Positions 22,152 through 37,100 of a DNA stretch of 64,000 bases are shown here, in pieces. The notes under the pieces are model-generated. The model saw only the letters and a program-made list of their open reading frames with translations. It searched no databases and was not told the DNA's origin. Positions within the stretch are counted from its first letter, which is position 1; every line of letters starts with the position of its first letter. The stretch comes from Octopus bimaculoides (taxonomy: Eukaryota), in assembly GCF_001194135.2 (NCBI RefSeq), contig NC_068986.1:26429308-26493307 (forward strand), written 5' to 3'. The translations under genes were made by a program, and so were the position numbers.

Positions 22152-25100
22152 TTACACACACACATATATACACTCACACACATACATATATACACTCATA
22201 CACATACATACAGACACATACATACAAACACATATATACACTCACACACGTATATGTACACATATATACACACACACACACTCACAAACACATACATATG
22301 CACACACACACACACATGTATTGAAATGAAGTTTGACTGGCCTTGTAGGGTTTTCGAGCGAGATTGTTGCCAGTGCCCCTGGACTGGCTTGTGCGGGTGG
22401 CACATAAAAGACACCATTTCGAGCGTGGCCGTTTTCGTGCGGGTGACACGTAAAAGCACCCACTACACTCTCTGAGTGGTTGGCGTTAGGAAGGGCATCC
22501 AGCTGTAGAAACTCTGCCAAATTAGATTGGAGCCTGGTGTTGCCATCCAGTTTCACCAGTCCTCAGTCAAATCGTCCAACCCATGCTAGCATGGAAGGCG
22601 GACGTTAAACGATGATGATGATGATGATGAAATAAATCATTTGTTATTTGAAAGAAATTGGCAAGAGAGAATACTTACTTTGATGTTTTCTATGAAATCA
22701 TCCAAAGCTTTTGCACCCTGCAATGGAAAGGCAAAACATGATAGAAATATGAATAAAATTACTTCTATTAAAGATAAATATTCGAGGATGAAAATATATT
22801 CTAATTTATCAGTTTTCTGAAAAGATGTTAGGAACAATTGAATCTAGATAAATATGGCAATGACGGAAAATGAACATTACTTACTGTAGAGTCCAGTACA
22901 GATAACAGTGATGCCAACTTAGATCTTGTTGGAGCTTGGCAGCCCTATAAAGAATCAAAAAGTGTTTTTCTTGAAACCCTATACTGTTGAAACTATTAAT
23001 ATGCATAAAAAAGTGATATTTAGTTGGTGGAGAGGGGCAGAGTCAGCTTATTCAAAGATAGGGGCTTGTTTGATGTAAAAGAATTAAGTTTCATTTTATA
23101 TATATGAGTCCAGCTTTCAATTTTGTCATTTTTTTTTTGCGTCATCATTTAACGCTGGCATGGGTTGGACAGTTTGACCAGAGCTGGCAAACTGGAAAGC
23201 TGCACCAGACTCCAGTCTGATTTGGAATAGTTTCTACAGCTGGATGCCCTTCCTAAAGCGGTTGGTGTTAAGAAAGGTATCCAGCCATACAAACCATGCC
23301 AAAATAGACTGGATCCTAATGCAGCTCTCCGGCTTCCTAGCCCTTGTTAAACCGTCCAACCCATGCCAGCATGGACAGCAGATGTTAAATGATGATGAGC
23401 ATAGTATCTAAAGTGTCACAGGTTATTAATAACAGGTGTTGTAAGGTTGATACAATGTTATTGTTAATATAATAAAACTCACCTCTAAAGTAAGATCAAA
23501 TTGTGGTTTAATGCAGCGTAAATGCTGTACAATAGGAAATATTGACAAAACTGATGTGTATTCATGACGAGCAATGTTCTTTTTAGCATTTGTAGCTATA
23601 GCCTTGGAAAAAGAAAAAAAAAACAATTAATAATATCTTGGTTTCAAATTTTGGCACAAGGCCAGTAATTTTGGGGAGTGAGCAGATTGATTAAATTGCC
23701 CCTAGTGTTCAACTGGTACTTATTCTATCAACCCCAAAAGGATGTAAGGCATAGGAGACCTTGGCAGAATTTGAACTCTGTAAAGACAGACGAAATGCTG
23801 CTAAGGATTTCCCCCCAGTACGCTAATGATTCTGCCAGCTCACTGCCTTTAAAAAGAAAATAATAACATATTGGGTTGTCTGGAAAGTTTGTGCTGATTT
23901 TTAAAGGAAAGAAAAAGGTCAATAAATACTTGCCATTACATTTTTAATCAACCAAATATGAACCATTTTGTTGCACAATGCGTCTCTATCTTTCCTTTAA
24001 CTTGAAAATACCCTCTTCCCCGAATGGAGGTCATTTCATGGCAAATAAGTCGAAAGGTAAGCTACTATAAATTGGCACGAACTTTCCAGACAACCCAATA
24101 TAATTAACATAGAATGAAATAACACTTTGAAAGCAGCAGAGATTTGAATGAACAGTTAATGTGATTTTTGTTTAATTTCAGATATTCTGAACATCATATT
24201 ATTTTCGGTATCAAGAAATATTATCAAGGATCAGTTGGCAGAGGAGATCCTTGTTCAACATTGAAAGGACAAAAAAAATAAATTAAAAGAAAGTGGTGTA
24301 GCTATCTGGTTCACCAGTTCTCAGTCAAATCGTCCAACCCATGCTAGCATGGAAAGCGGACGTTAAACGATGATGATGGTGATGATTATTTTGATCTTTT
24401 ACTATATTCAGCCATTGGGCAATGGCCATGTTGGGGCACTACATTTTCAGTTCTGAGACCAATGTAATTTCAGCTTGGTCTTTATTTTATCGATCTCTGT
24501 TTAGAAGCTAAGTCACCTTTTGACATAAAGGGACATGATTGAATACACTGGTTTACACTATTAAAACAAGCACACAAACACACACATAAATATATATACA
24601 CCTTTTATCTTTTACCTGTTTCAGTCATTGGACTGTGGCTAAGCTGGAGTACCACCTAGAAAGGTTTTAGTTGAACAAATCAACCCTAGTACTTATACAG
24701 GGTGGGGCATAAATACTGTTACAAAAGTTCAAAACTATGTTTCATAATTATATTCAAAGAATTCTAATGATTTATTTGAGTTAAATGATAGTTATTATAT
24801 GTTTTCTTGTATTTCAGAAACTAAATATTAAAATTTTGTTGCAATGTCTGTTGAATGGAAGAGAAAATTCATCATAGAGCAACATGAGAAGGGCATGCGT
24901 CCACCTGAAATATTCAAGTTAGGGAAAAACCTCATCAAAAATGTTAGGGAAAAATTCAGACGAAATCCAAGAAGATCCATGAGGAGAATTGCAAAAGAAG
25001 CACAAACATCGCCAAGGACTATGCAGAGGATATGCAAAAGTGACCTAAAGTTGTCACCCTATAAACTCCAAAAAAGACAGCTTCTCTCCACGCCCACAAT

Positions 25101-28100
25101 TGAAAAGAGACTCAGCAGAAGCAGACTCTTGTTGAACCGTACTAAAGATGGCATGCTCCGTAACATCATCTGTAGTGATGAAAAGTTATTCTCAGTTCAA
25201 CAGTCTCACAATCATCAAAATGACCGAATCCTTGCTAAAAGTATTAAGGCAATACCTGGTAATGCAGGAAGGGTTTTCAGAACCCAAAAACCAGCATCAG
25301 TGATGGTCTGGGCAGCCATTTCTGAAAGAAGGAAAACTCCACTTGTTTTTGTCCCTCAAGGAATCAAGATAAACAAAGAACAGTACATCGAGGACATTCT
25401 GGAAGGCGCGTTNNNNNNNNNNCTCTTGATTATTCTTTGTGGTCAATTCTGGAGAATGAAGCCTGCTCTACTCCTTGCCAAAATATTGAAGCTCTAAAGA
25501 AAAAATTGACCAAGTGCTGGAATAAAATACCCTTAGATGTTGTGCGTGCTGCTATAGATGACTTCCCAAAAAGACTTCGTAGTGTTGTGAAGGCACGAGG
25601 TAAACATTTTGAATAAAAGTTACACCATATTGTTCCTTGGGCATTTGCAAAGCATATTTTGTAATAGTGGGTTGTTAAATAAATTTTTGTCGGGATAAAT
25701 CTGTTTTATTTTGTAACAGTATTTATGCCCCACCCTGTAGTATCAGTCTCTCCTGTTGGACCACTTAGTTACAAGGATTTAAACAAACCTACACCACCAT
25801 TTGTAAAGCTATAGGAGAGGGGGACAAACATAACATAAAGATACAGATGCACACACACACACAACACATGATGGCCATCCACACAGTTACTGTCTACAAA
25901 ATTCACTCATATGGCATTTTGGTTGTCCAAAGTGACACACAATGGGATTGAACCCAAAACTATGTGGTTGCAAAGCAAAATTTTTAACCACACAACCATG
26001 CCTATGCTTATATAATATATGACAGCCTTTCACACAATTTTTATCTATCAATTTCTACTCACATAGTAACATGATATATGTAATTTCATCTAAGATATCA
26101 TATCATTAGAACAAAATTACTATCCTTGATGTTTCTTCACTCAGATGCATCCTTAAAATAGACACATGCAATAAAAAAATAGTAAGTTTATTTTGGGGAA
26201 ATATCTACCTCTCCTTCACTAACCACCATCTCTAGTGCTCGTAGAATGACTTTATCAAACTCCATACGCTGATATTTTTCTGGAATAATACCATTCATTA
26301 GTTGTGCTTCACTCTGAAATTATACATAAAACAAATTAATAAAATTATAGATAAAATAGACATTTGCTAATTATAGTTGAAAAGAAAGTTAAGACCAGTT
26401 TGGAATCATCTCAATCATTTTGGCTCAGAATACATGTAACCTTTAAGGTTACATGTATTATGAGGCAAAATGATTGAGTAGTTAAGTAGCTGAACCATTA
26501 CAAACATTGTATTGTGTCCCTGGGAAAGATCTTTTAATACACTTTCCACAATTAAGTTAACAAGTTTACTTCCAGTTCATGGTCAGAGTGGGTAAAACAT
26601 TAAACTGTATAAGCAAATGCTTTACAAATGTAAAAGTTTACAAAAAGCCATCACATTAGATACTTTAAAATTAAATATTTGTGATGTGTCATACATGCAT
26701 TTCTAGTTCTCATTACAAAAGATAATTTTATGAGACTCCAGCAAATAAGATCTGAAGAAGGAATTCTAATTCCGAAATATCATCGGACTATAGTTTACCA
26801 AGTTACAACAGGTATATAGTCCATTTTTGTTCTATAGTGCAGTGTTATACCTTCCTAAAGTTTTTATTCTTTACAAACAATACACAATGCTTCAAGCGAA
26901 CTACAATACTCTCCTATTTCTTTTCATATTTTGAAAACAATGCAATCTTTTACGCCATCAAATACAGTAAGTTTAATGGTTTAAAGTATCAAAATGAACA
27001 ATTGATGAGAAGATCTACTGCAGATTTGTTTCGATCAAAATAACATGGGAAAATGAAGTGAATGTAGTTATGAAAAATGAAAAATGAAAAATGATAAACA
27101 GTTACAGTTTCAGATATCATGTTCTTACTTGCATTAACTTGAGCAAAGCAGTCATCTCTGTAATGTAAAACTCCACCTCAATCTCAGCAGGGTCTTCTTT
27201 TACACCTTCTGTAGATGAGCCGGTTCGGCGATGACCTACACAGAACAAACGAACATTTTTCTTCCGAGTTAAAATATTTTCAAACTGAAAACATTTTTTA
27301 ATGAAATTTCCATTCTTCATAAATCTACAGCATTATAGCCTATTTTAAGTGAAGCATATAAATCAACTTACCAGATTCAAATGAGGATTTGATGAGAGAT
27401 GTAGAGGCTTTCTTCAGATATCTGAATTAACAGAAAAAGGATTACAAAACGATGAATATGAAAAAGGATAAAACTGAGAAAAAAAAAAAGGTTTCTTTTA
27501 AAGTATGAAATAAAATTTTAACAAGGATATAGTCATTGAAATTGATTTCAGTATAGTACTAATAATTCCGATGGGATCTGAGCCCAAAAGGATGAGACAT
27601 CAAACTAGAATACACAAAGCAATTAGCCTGATGCTCGACTAATACAATTATTCAATAATAGGGAATTGACTTACTGTTTGTATATTACTGATATTAATAT
27701 TATTAACCCTTTCAACCTGGAAATTTTTCTCAAGAATTTTCTCTCAAATCACTAATGGCNNNNNNNNNNNNGGGGGGGGGGGAGAGGGCTTGTATGCATG
27801 CGAGCCTTTTGAGCCGTCATTATAGTGTCATACACTCCGATCATACATCCGGCGCTACATACTTTCAAGAAAAACTGGAGCGGTACTACACTGCATCATA
27901 TAGAATGGGAATTTTAAAGATTTGGGTTGTAAAATTTTTGACTGGTACACATATATGTACCAGCCAGGCGGAAAGGGTTAAAGTAACTGAACCTCTGTTC
28001 AAACCATACTGGAATACGAAACATGTAAAAGGATGAAATATTAAATTTCAATTTGACTGAAATATTAATTGTCATTGAACTTGCCCTTGAAGAGCCATCT

Positions 28101-31100
28101 AGACTAAGCAGCTCATACTGATCATTCTCACCCTTTCTTCTAAATATGTGTAACCATGTAGCTCCTTTTATCCTTCCCTCCTGCCTTTTATATTTTAACC
28201 CTTCATTGCTTTGCATAAACCTACCCCTGCCTCAGTTCTGTAATCTTGCAAACTAAATGGCAATCTTACTAATGCTGGTGACACAGAACAAAGTTTGCAG
28301 TACACAATGTCAAGTGGTTAGCATAAAGGAGGATATCCAATCATAGAAACCATGCTAAAGCAGACACTGGAGCACAATGCTGTCCTTGGACCCATCAGAA
28401 ACCAATGCCAGCACAGAACACAGATAATAAGTAATAATAAAAACATTCTATTTCTGCTTGAGTCATGTGTATAGGGTACTAACTTAAACAGGTACAGTTC
28501 ATTGTTGCAAACATGACACCAACAAAGCACGGGATCGTATCTGGCATGTCAATGCTCTAGTAAAGCTGCCTGCTTATGGTGGGATCATCCATCTCAGCTC
28601 TTGATTTGGGAGGTTTCCTGTCCCACATTTGATTAATCCTTTCCGACCCACATTTTATTAACCCTGGTGTGCCACCAGGTTTGGTTTTGTCTCCTACTCT
28701 TTTCCTTCTTATACATCAATGACCTACTTGCAATCACTTCCAATGATGCTCACTCCTATACATGAAAGATGAACACCACCTTCATCATCATCGTCATCCA
28801 CGTGCAATCTAGACACTTATACCAAACCCACATTGATTCTATGACCAGAGACTCTGAATACATTCTCCAATGAGGTCTCCTGGTGGTTGCACATCTTCAA
28901 TATGTTGAAGATTGAATCACAATGACTCTCCTTCCTTTTCAGAGTTTCGAAATACTTTGGTTTGTCCACATTACTTCATAAGGAGCCAGTTTCCCATTTT
29001 TCTGGTGTATATATTCCTCTCTGAACACTGATAAAATTGCCAAAACTTACCCAGGAAACTTTAGTGCTTTCCAGGGTGTCATTTCTTTTGTTGGACGTAT
29101 TTTTCCAGTCTAAAAGTGACAGAGAGAGAAAGTAAATGACAACTTTAAATAAAAGTCAATAATCGTCTAACTTCAACTCAGACATAAGAATGCATATACA
29201 CGCTTTTATATGCAATGAAAAACTAAAAACTATCATGCTTATATGTCTACCATAAGTTGTTAGCAAGATTATAATATTTTGAACTATTACTCCCATCTTC
29301 AGAGAGGAAAGAGTTTTTCTTATGTCTTCACATTTCTTGGTTTGAGCTATGATTGTCATCAAATATCTTGTTTCAGTGTGGCCCACAAAAAGAAAAGTGT
29401 AAGAGGCAAGTGCCTCATTTCAAAGACATGATAAATTGAAATTGTAAAGTAAGAGGTTTATAGCCTCAAATTGTAAATTTATGTATAAATTTATAAAAGA
29501 ACAATGATTTAGAGAAGCAGTGTTCGGCGGGCGGCTCCTGTCTTCTCCCATTAATACCATCTTAATCATCATTCATCTCATCTCATTAATGTGTTTGTCC
29601 AGCCCGTAGCTACTCTCTGTGTACTGCCTTTATGGCAAACTGAATGAAATATAGTATCTTGTTTCAGGAAGAGTACATAATACTGAGTGGGATTTAAACT
29701 AGGACATGTACATCGTTACTTTTAGTTTAGAAATAAAAGTTCCTAGATTGAATTCCATCTGATACTATGTACATATATTCAGAAATATGAAACTTGATAA
29801 TGATTAGAAATTACAGTTGTCAAAGTATAGCATTGATGTAAATACTTACAAGTCTTTTATCTCCAAAGATGAAAGTAAAAATTTGAAAAATTAAAATTAA
29901 AATCGAGTTCATAGTTGAAGGTTTAATTATGCTATTTCAGATTATAACATGAAATACAGCCAAAGCTCCTATGTTAAAAATTCAAGCTTAAGTATTTTAA
30001 TTAAATTTAAATTTTGTCATTTTTTTTGGCTAGATCTAAAAGTTCTGTTATTTTGATAACTAGATAGAGTATGTATTTTACAATTAGATGTTCTTAGAGC
30101 TGCAACAATAAAATCTGAGTGGTATCTATTTTATTGCAACTAGGGTAATGGATAAGCATCTAACAAGCCTACATACAAAAAAGGTTGACTTCTCAGCTAT
30201 TTGTCCAATACACTGTATGCTTGGACAGTCACATATTAGCAACAGTTTCTTTTGATTTCTATAAACAAGAACAAAATTTAAGTTGCTTTCACATGAGCCA
30301 AATTATAATACAAAAATTTAGAAAGGTAAATAGGCTTGATTTCATTATGTTAGTATCTTTACATTCTAGAACAATGGTTCCCAACTAGGGACCATAATGC
30401 TCCTGGGAGTCAATATAAGATTCTGTGGGGTCCAAACAAGCAAAGTAGTAAATTGGAGATCTACAATAGTATTTTAGGGGTCCATGAAAAAAATTTTGCT
30501 TTAGATGTATTTATTGTAAGAAACAACTAGGTTTCTTTCTCTAATGCTTAACTAAGTTCAGCATATTTCTGGTCACTGAAACATGTTCTCTTGGGGAGTG
30601 CTATAGCTAACCTACACAGGTGAATGTGTGAAAAACAAAATGGGAATTTTGAAAGAAGTATCTATAAAACTAGTTTTTAAACACTGAATGGAAATGGGGG
30701 TCCATATGTAAAAAAAAAAAAGGTTCAGAATCATTCTAGAAAAATGCATTTTTACCAAACAAGTTTTACTTGTTATAATAATACTTAAATAGAATTTATT
30801 TCTTAGTATGGCACAAGCTAATTAAATAAATGTTTTTGCTGACACATTTGATAATTTAATTTTTTTTAATCTCAGAAAGAATTTTGGTATTTGAATATTT
30901 ATGAAAATTAAGAAGAAAACACTGCAATACAATTCAATTTAACTAACATTTCAAGCCATGAAGATACAGTTATTGTAACAATTACCTAGAAATTTCCATT
31001 TCTTATACCTAAAACTAGATCCAAGTTTGACTGGTTTAGAAAATGAGAAGATTGTGAAAACAGAATATCAATGCCTACTCAATAAACATTGAATATTTTA

Positions 31101-34100
31101 ATTCACGTAATTTTAGTTAAATAATAAAAAATAATCAGGCACAGGCATAGTTGTGTGGTAAGAAGTTTGCTTCCCAATCACATGGCTCCAGGTTCGGTCC
31201 TGCCATGTGGCATCTTGGGTAAGTGCCTCCTACTATAGTCCTAGGCAAGCCAAAGCCTCATGGGTGGATTTGGAAGATGGAAACTGAAAATAGCCTATCA
31301 TGTCTGTGTATATATGTATGTGTGTGGATTTGGGTCCCTTTATCTTGATACCATGTGATAATCATAAAAGTGTTGTCACTTGCATACAAGCAGTGCCAGT
31401 TATTTCTAATATCCTGCGAGAATATGTCTGGCCATGAGGAAATATTATCTTGCATAAAAACAGGTAAAGATTGGCAAAAGGAAGGGCATCTGGTTGTAGC
31501 AAATCTGCTTCAATACTATCCAATTCATGCAGGCATAGAAAAGTGAATGTAAATATGATGATGAGTCAAAAACAAAAGCAAAAAATTTAGTCAGTGTTTA
31601 CTTACTAAAGCAGGGGAATGTTGAGTGTATCCACAGTTGCTACTACCACTAGCCGATTTCAAGTGCTCTTTAAGACTGAAAAAGAAAACAAAAAAAGAAA
31701 CATACAATGAAATTGTTAAAAAGCTAACATACAAAAATAAATGTTCATTATTTTGTGAATTATGAATAAAACTCCAATTTAATTATATTGCCAACATATT
31801 CAACATTGAAGTTAAGATGTTGGCATATCAACAGCCTTCACTAGAGCTCAGACTCTGTTGCAATCATTTAAACCTCTGATTTCCCTCCTTATCCACATTT
31901 AACCATAAAACTTTGATGTGATGATCTGCAAGCTTGACATCAGCTGCAACAATCTCACCTATCCGGAACAATCAGGAAAGGTCAACAGCACAGTTTTGCT
32001 TTTTCTGATTAAATTATAATAATCCTTTCTACTATAGGCACAAAGCCTGAAATTTTTGGGAAGAGGATAGTAGATTATATCAGCTTAACTGGTACTGTTT
32101 TCATTGACACCTAAAGGATGAAAGGCAAAGTCAACTTTAGAGGAATTTGAACACAAAATACTGCTAAGCATTTCGTCTGGCATGCTAACGATTCTATCCT
32201 ACTCTAGGCACAAGGCCTGACATTTTTGGGGAGGGAGCCAGTCAATTAGATTTACCCCAGTATGCAACTGGTACTTAATTTATTGACCCCAAAAGGATGA
32301 AAGGCAAAGTCGACCTTGACGGAATTTGAGCTCAGAATGTAAAGACAAACAAAATACTATTAAGCATTTTGCCCAGCATGCTAACGACTCTGCCAGCTCA
32401 AAGCCTTTGATTAAATTATAATGATGAAAAAACAAAAAACCTATTGATTTCTGCACACTCAGCACACCATACTTAATTTTAGTCCAGTCTCTTCAGCTCT
32501 TCTACATTAATCGTCCATGTTTCATGCAAAGTCAATTTATGTAAGATTAAATACAAATGATTTGAGAAAATAGAGTATTGGTCAAACCAAGCATAAGCTG
32601 CAGCTACATTAGTATGAATATAATGTGAATGGATGATATATGGAGGGGGAGGCAAAGTAGTTTGAGATGAAAAGGGAGAAGTTTCTGATCAGGAAAAATA
32701 TCTGGGAATCTCAGAAGTGATAACAACAGATCTAAAAACACAGAATGTCATGGAAGAGATGGCAAGGGATCAGAATGATTAATGGTTTCAGGTCCAGTCT
32801 ACTGCATAGCACCTTGGGCAAGTATTTTCTTTTCTAAAGCCCCAGGGTGACTAAAAACCCATGTAAATAGATTTCATAGACAGAAACTGAAAGAAGCTTG
32901 TCATATACGAAGGGTGCTGAAAAGTTCCTGGCTTTAAGGATATCACAAAAGGCCTGGTTGAAGGCCCAACCTTTTAAGTTCTTTTACAGGGTTTAGGAAA
33001 ACTAAAGGACTGCTGCAGTAAGTGTATGAATCTGATAGGGGAATATGTTGAATAAAATCATAGTCAACTGATCCTCCTGTTTTTTCTCTTACCCAAAACC
33101 AGGAACTTACAGCACTCCCTCGTATGCATGTATACATATACATATGTGTGTGTGGGTGTGTGAAAATACCCTTCCCTTGACATTATGTGATATGTGTAAA
33201 CAAGCATCACCACCATACATACAATGTTTATTTCTACAGTTTAATGACTGAAACTAGTAAAAGATAAATGACATCTCACTTCCCTAAAGAAAACAATTAT
33301 AGAAAGTAAGGAAGTACCGGCCTTTAAAGATAGAAACTCACCCATGTAATGATCGCACAAGTATGTCAGATCTGGACGATGTGTAAACATTAAGGAAATT
33401 CGTCGTATTGCCATTGGTTACTAGCCATCTACTGATGTCGCCAAGTTCTTTCGCCACCTTTTCTGGTAGATGTTCAAGTATATCTGGTTCTCCATTGCCT
33501 GATTGAAGCTCTGTCAACAGAAAACAGCAATAAACCATACACATGGAATAAATAAATAATGTATATAATAAACAGTTTAACAGAGAGACATTTACTTGTT
33601 GCACTAAAAAGCTAACTTGAAATATGTTACTGGGGACAAAGCAATATTAATTAATGTCTAATATCTTTTTGTTTTTTATATACATAGATGCAAGCGTGGC
33701 TGTGTGGTAAGAAGCTTGCTTCCAAACCACATGGTTTTGAGTTCAGTCCCACTGTATGGTGCCTTGGGCAAGTGTCTTCTACTATAACCACGGGCTGACC
33801 AAAGTCTTCTGATTGGATGTGGTAGATGGAAACAGAAAGCCTGCCATGTGTGTGTGCATGTTTGTCCCCCACCACCACTTGACAACCGATGTTGGTGTGT
33901 TTACGTCCCCATAACCTAGCAATTCAGCAAAATAGACCGATAGAACAAATACCAAGCTTTAAAAAAAGTTTCATTTCACTCTAATTTCTTCAAGGTGATG
34001 TCTCAGCATGGCCACAGTCTAATGACTGAAACAAGTAAAATGTGTACATCAAATATGGGAGACAACTCTAGATGTCTTTCAATCTGACCTCATCAGTGAC

Positions 34101-37100
34101 ACAGTCTTCACCACACTTACTATTATTGTTATGAAATAATCATTAAGTAAATGTACAAGATTGCACACTGGTGGCACAAGAGAACAGAATTGTTAAGAGA
34201 ATACGTAAGTAAAAATAAAATGCCATCTCCATGAAAAAAATAACAGTTCAGTTAGTGCTAACATATTTAATGCAGGGAACATGTACAATAAGTACCTATA
34301 AAACCAAACAGCTATAGAAGACAAAAAACAATGTTTTGTAAATATACATAATGTAAAAAGTGATAACGAAAAACTTTTTTCATGTGTCTAGTATAAATTG
34401 AATTTCAAGATTAGAAGTGATTTTTCATCAAAACAAATTTTTAAGCAGCCTACATACCTTCATCAGTTCCCAACATATCCAGAATGAGAATAGGGGGAAC
34501 AGGTTTACCATATCTGGATAACTGAGACTCAAATTCTTTACCAAGCACTTCTTTACCATCTTCAAATAACTGAACCTGAAAAGAGAACAAAAATTCATCC
34601 AGGAAATTTATTATCATTATAAAGTCACTAAGTAGCAGGAGCTTTTGTCTTTCAAAGTACTTGGGAACCTCACTAGAGCTACTGGCATAAAAAAAAGAAC
34701 CCAGTACATACTGTAAAGTGGTTGGTTGGCATTATGAAGGGCACCCAACCATAGAAACCAAGTCAAAGCTGACATTGGAGCTCAGCATAGCCCTGCAGTT
34801 TACCAAGTCCTGCTAAATGATCCAAGCCGCCACCGCCACCACCGAGTGTATCAAAGTGTATCAAAATTATGATTAGAATGTACAAATATGGCTAAACTTC
34901 AGTCATTGAAGATCAAAAGGGATATGTCAGTACATAACAAAAAAACACTGAAGTGAGTAGAACATAGTTAGCATGATTGGAGAGTACATTCTGGTCAGAG
35001 TCAATTCTTATTTGGAGTTACTGCCCTCCTTTGTTCAATCAATTTTTTTGATGATTAATTAACTATAGGAACACTAAGTACTGGTGATTAGGATAAAGCT
35101 CACTGTTTAGTGTATTTTTAATAAATTAATCTCAGCTTGACAAAGCTTTGCACATGCCAGGAAATTTATTATTTGCTGTTTACTTATAAGAACAGCAGTT
35201 CTTAGTAAGCTATGAATGCTGGATACAATGTCTGTAGTTAATGAAGTGTAATAACACAGAAGCATGGCCTATTGTCATATGATGTCATTTATAGCCCAGT
35301 TTAGTGTGTTTTCATGCACACATCGTCTACAAGAATTTCTCTTCCAAGACATTTACTGCAGCAAAGGCCTTTTCACGTTTGAACAGGATATTAAGTTTAC
35401 ATAATTACTTACTACTTCTGTCAGTTCCAAGCTACCTGGATTGTGATCTTTAAAATAGCGAACAGCTTTCAGAACACTTTCCATATGTTCCAGATATTTC
35501 TCCAGCCCACTGGCAATTGGTCTAGAAAAGCAGGCAGAAAAAAATATAACCATGAGGGAGAAAGAGAAGAGGGAATACACACATACACAAAGAAGAACGA
35601 GAGAGATGATATATCAGAGAATTTATAGATATGAAAGAAATAAAGAGGGAGTTAAAGAAAGATTCTAAATGCTTGTTTTTTTTTTTTGTTAATTCATATA
35701 ACTAATTGACTGCTTTTACCAACTCTGTTGTAAATGAAATAGGTATCAATAATATAGTAAGATCATTTCAATGTCTTGTGCAGTCAACTTAGTATTTCAT
35801 ACTGACATATCTTACAAGCCATACATCTTACTACTAATGCTCTTTGCTCTGTGAGAACTTTCTCTGAGATCCAAGAACCAGAAAATATCTAATATTACTT
35901 AAACACTAATGATAATATTTGGAGGAAGATAAATGTATGAAACTCCTATTTCTCATTAGCAACACTAATTTTAGAAAAACGTCATCAGCATTTCCAGCAA
36001 ACTTCATGAAGCTGCATCAAAAAAAAAACAAAACAAGGTATTCCTTTCAGAACAAAAGTGTTTCATTCCAGAACACTTTTTGGTTTTCTCTATACCCAAA
36101 TAAAGCCAAATAATGCTCTCTACACTCATCCATTAATGGCAATCAAATAATCCAAACATATCCACTGATCTGATAAGATAAATTCTTAAACTTTTGATAA
36201 TCTATTTTTCATCCACCTCTTCTATTGATAACAAAGTGCTTATGAGAATTTGCTAGCTGCATCCATTCTTCATGAACGGAACTACTGTGCTTGTCTCTAA
36301 GCTTTCCAGTATTTTCTGTCTCTTAATCTAACCACATCGTAAACACTACCTGCTATATTTCATTCCAATGTTTTGTATCCAGTAAAATTCTCTCTCCACT
36401 CATAGGTTCTCACAATACATTAACCTGCTTTTCCAAGTTTCAGATTAACTACATCAATATTAGTCATACTCCTCTTTCACTTTGCTATTTGGAGGGTATT
36501 CTTTGGACTAGGGTTAATGTCCTTCCTCCTTGTGCACACACACAGAGTATTGACGATAATTATGAAAAGATACATTAATTAAGGAACAAATTGATGCATT
36601 TTAGTGTAAAACATATAAAGAACTCAACAAAAAAGTTTCGTCAAAGACAACTCACCCTTCCTTGATGGCAAACTCTAGATCTTTAGCTATATGATAATAT
36701 CCAAGTACATTGTCAAGAGTTGACATTGTTTTATCAATGTCTGGTGACATTAAGGAATGCAACTAAACATAAATATAAACATATAATTACAGAAGTCAGC
36801 TCAGTTTAATAGTTAAGCACTAGCAACAGTATGCTTTTCAATTATGTACAATTAGACAGGTTATTACAGAAATTTTGAATTAACAGTATCAATACACAAA
36901 TCTTACACATACACCCACCGAAAAAGTTAATTCCAAACTGCTACAACCATAGTGTGTTTGGCCAGTAACCTTGTGGGCATCGGTGCCAATTTTTTCTTCC
37001 TCCGTTTTCCCGTTCTTTGAACTTTCCTTGTTTCCAACGAAGGTCTCCGCCTGAAACATCATACTCTCTCTCTTTCCTTTCCTGAGCGTCTAATAACACT

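Noticed and set aside
37034-37060. Hammerhead-like string CCAACGA-AGGTCTCCGCCT-GAAACATC
   Set aside because: Core is CAACGA rather than CUGANGA and no stem I partner was found; at most a dead Penelope-type remnant.
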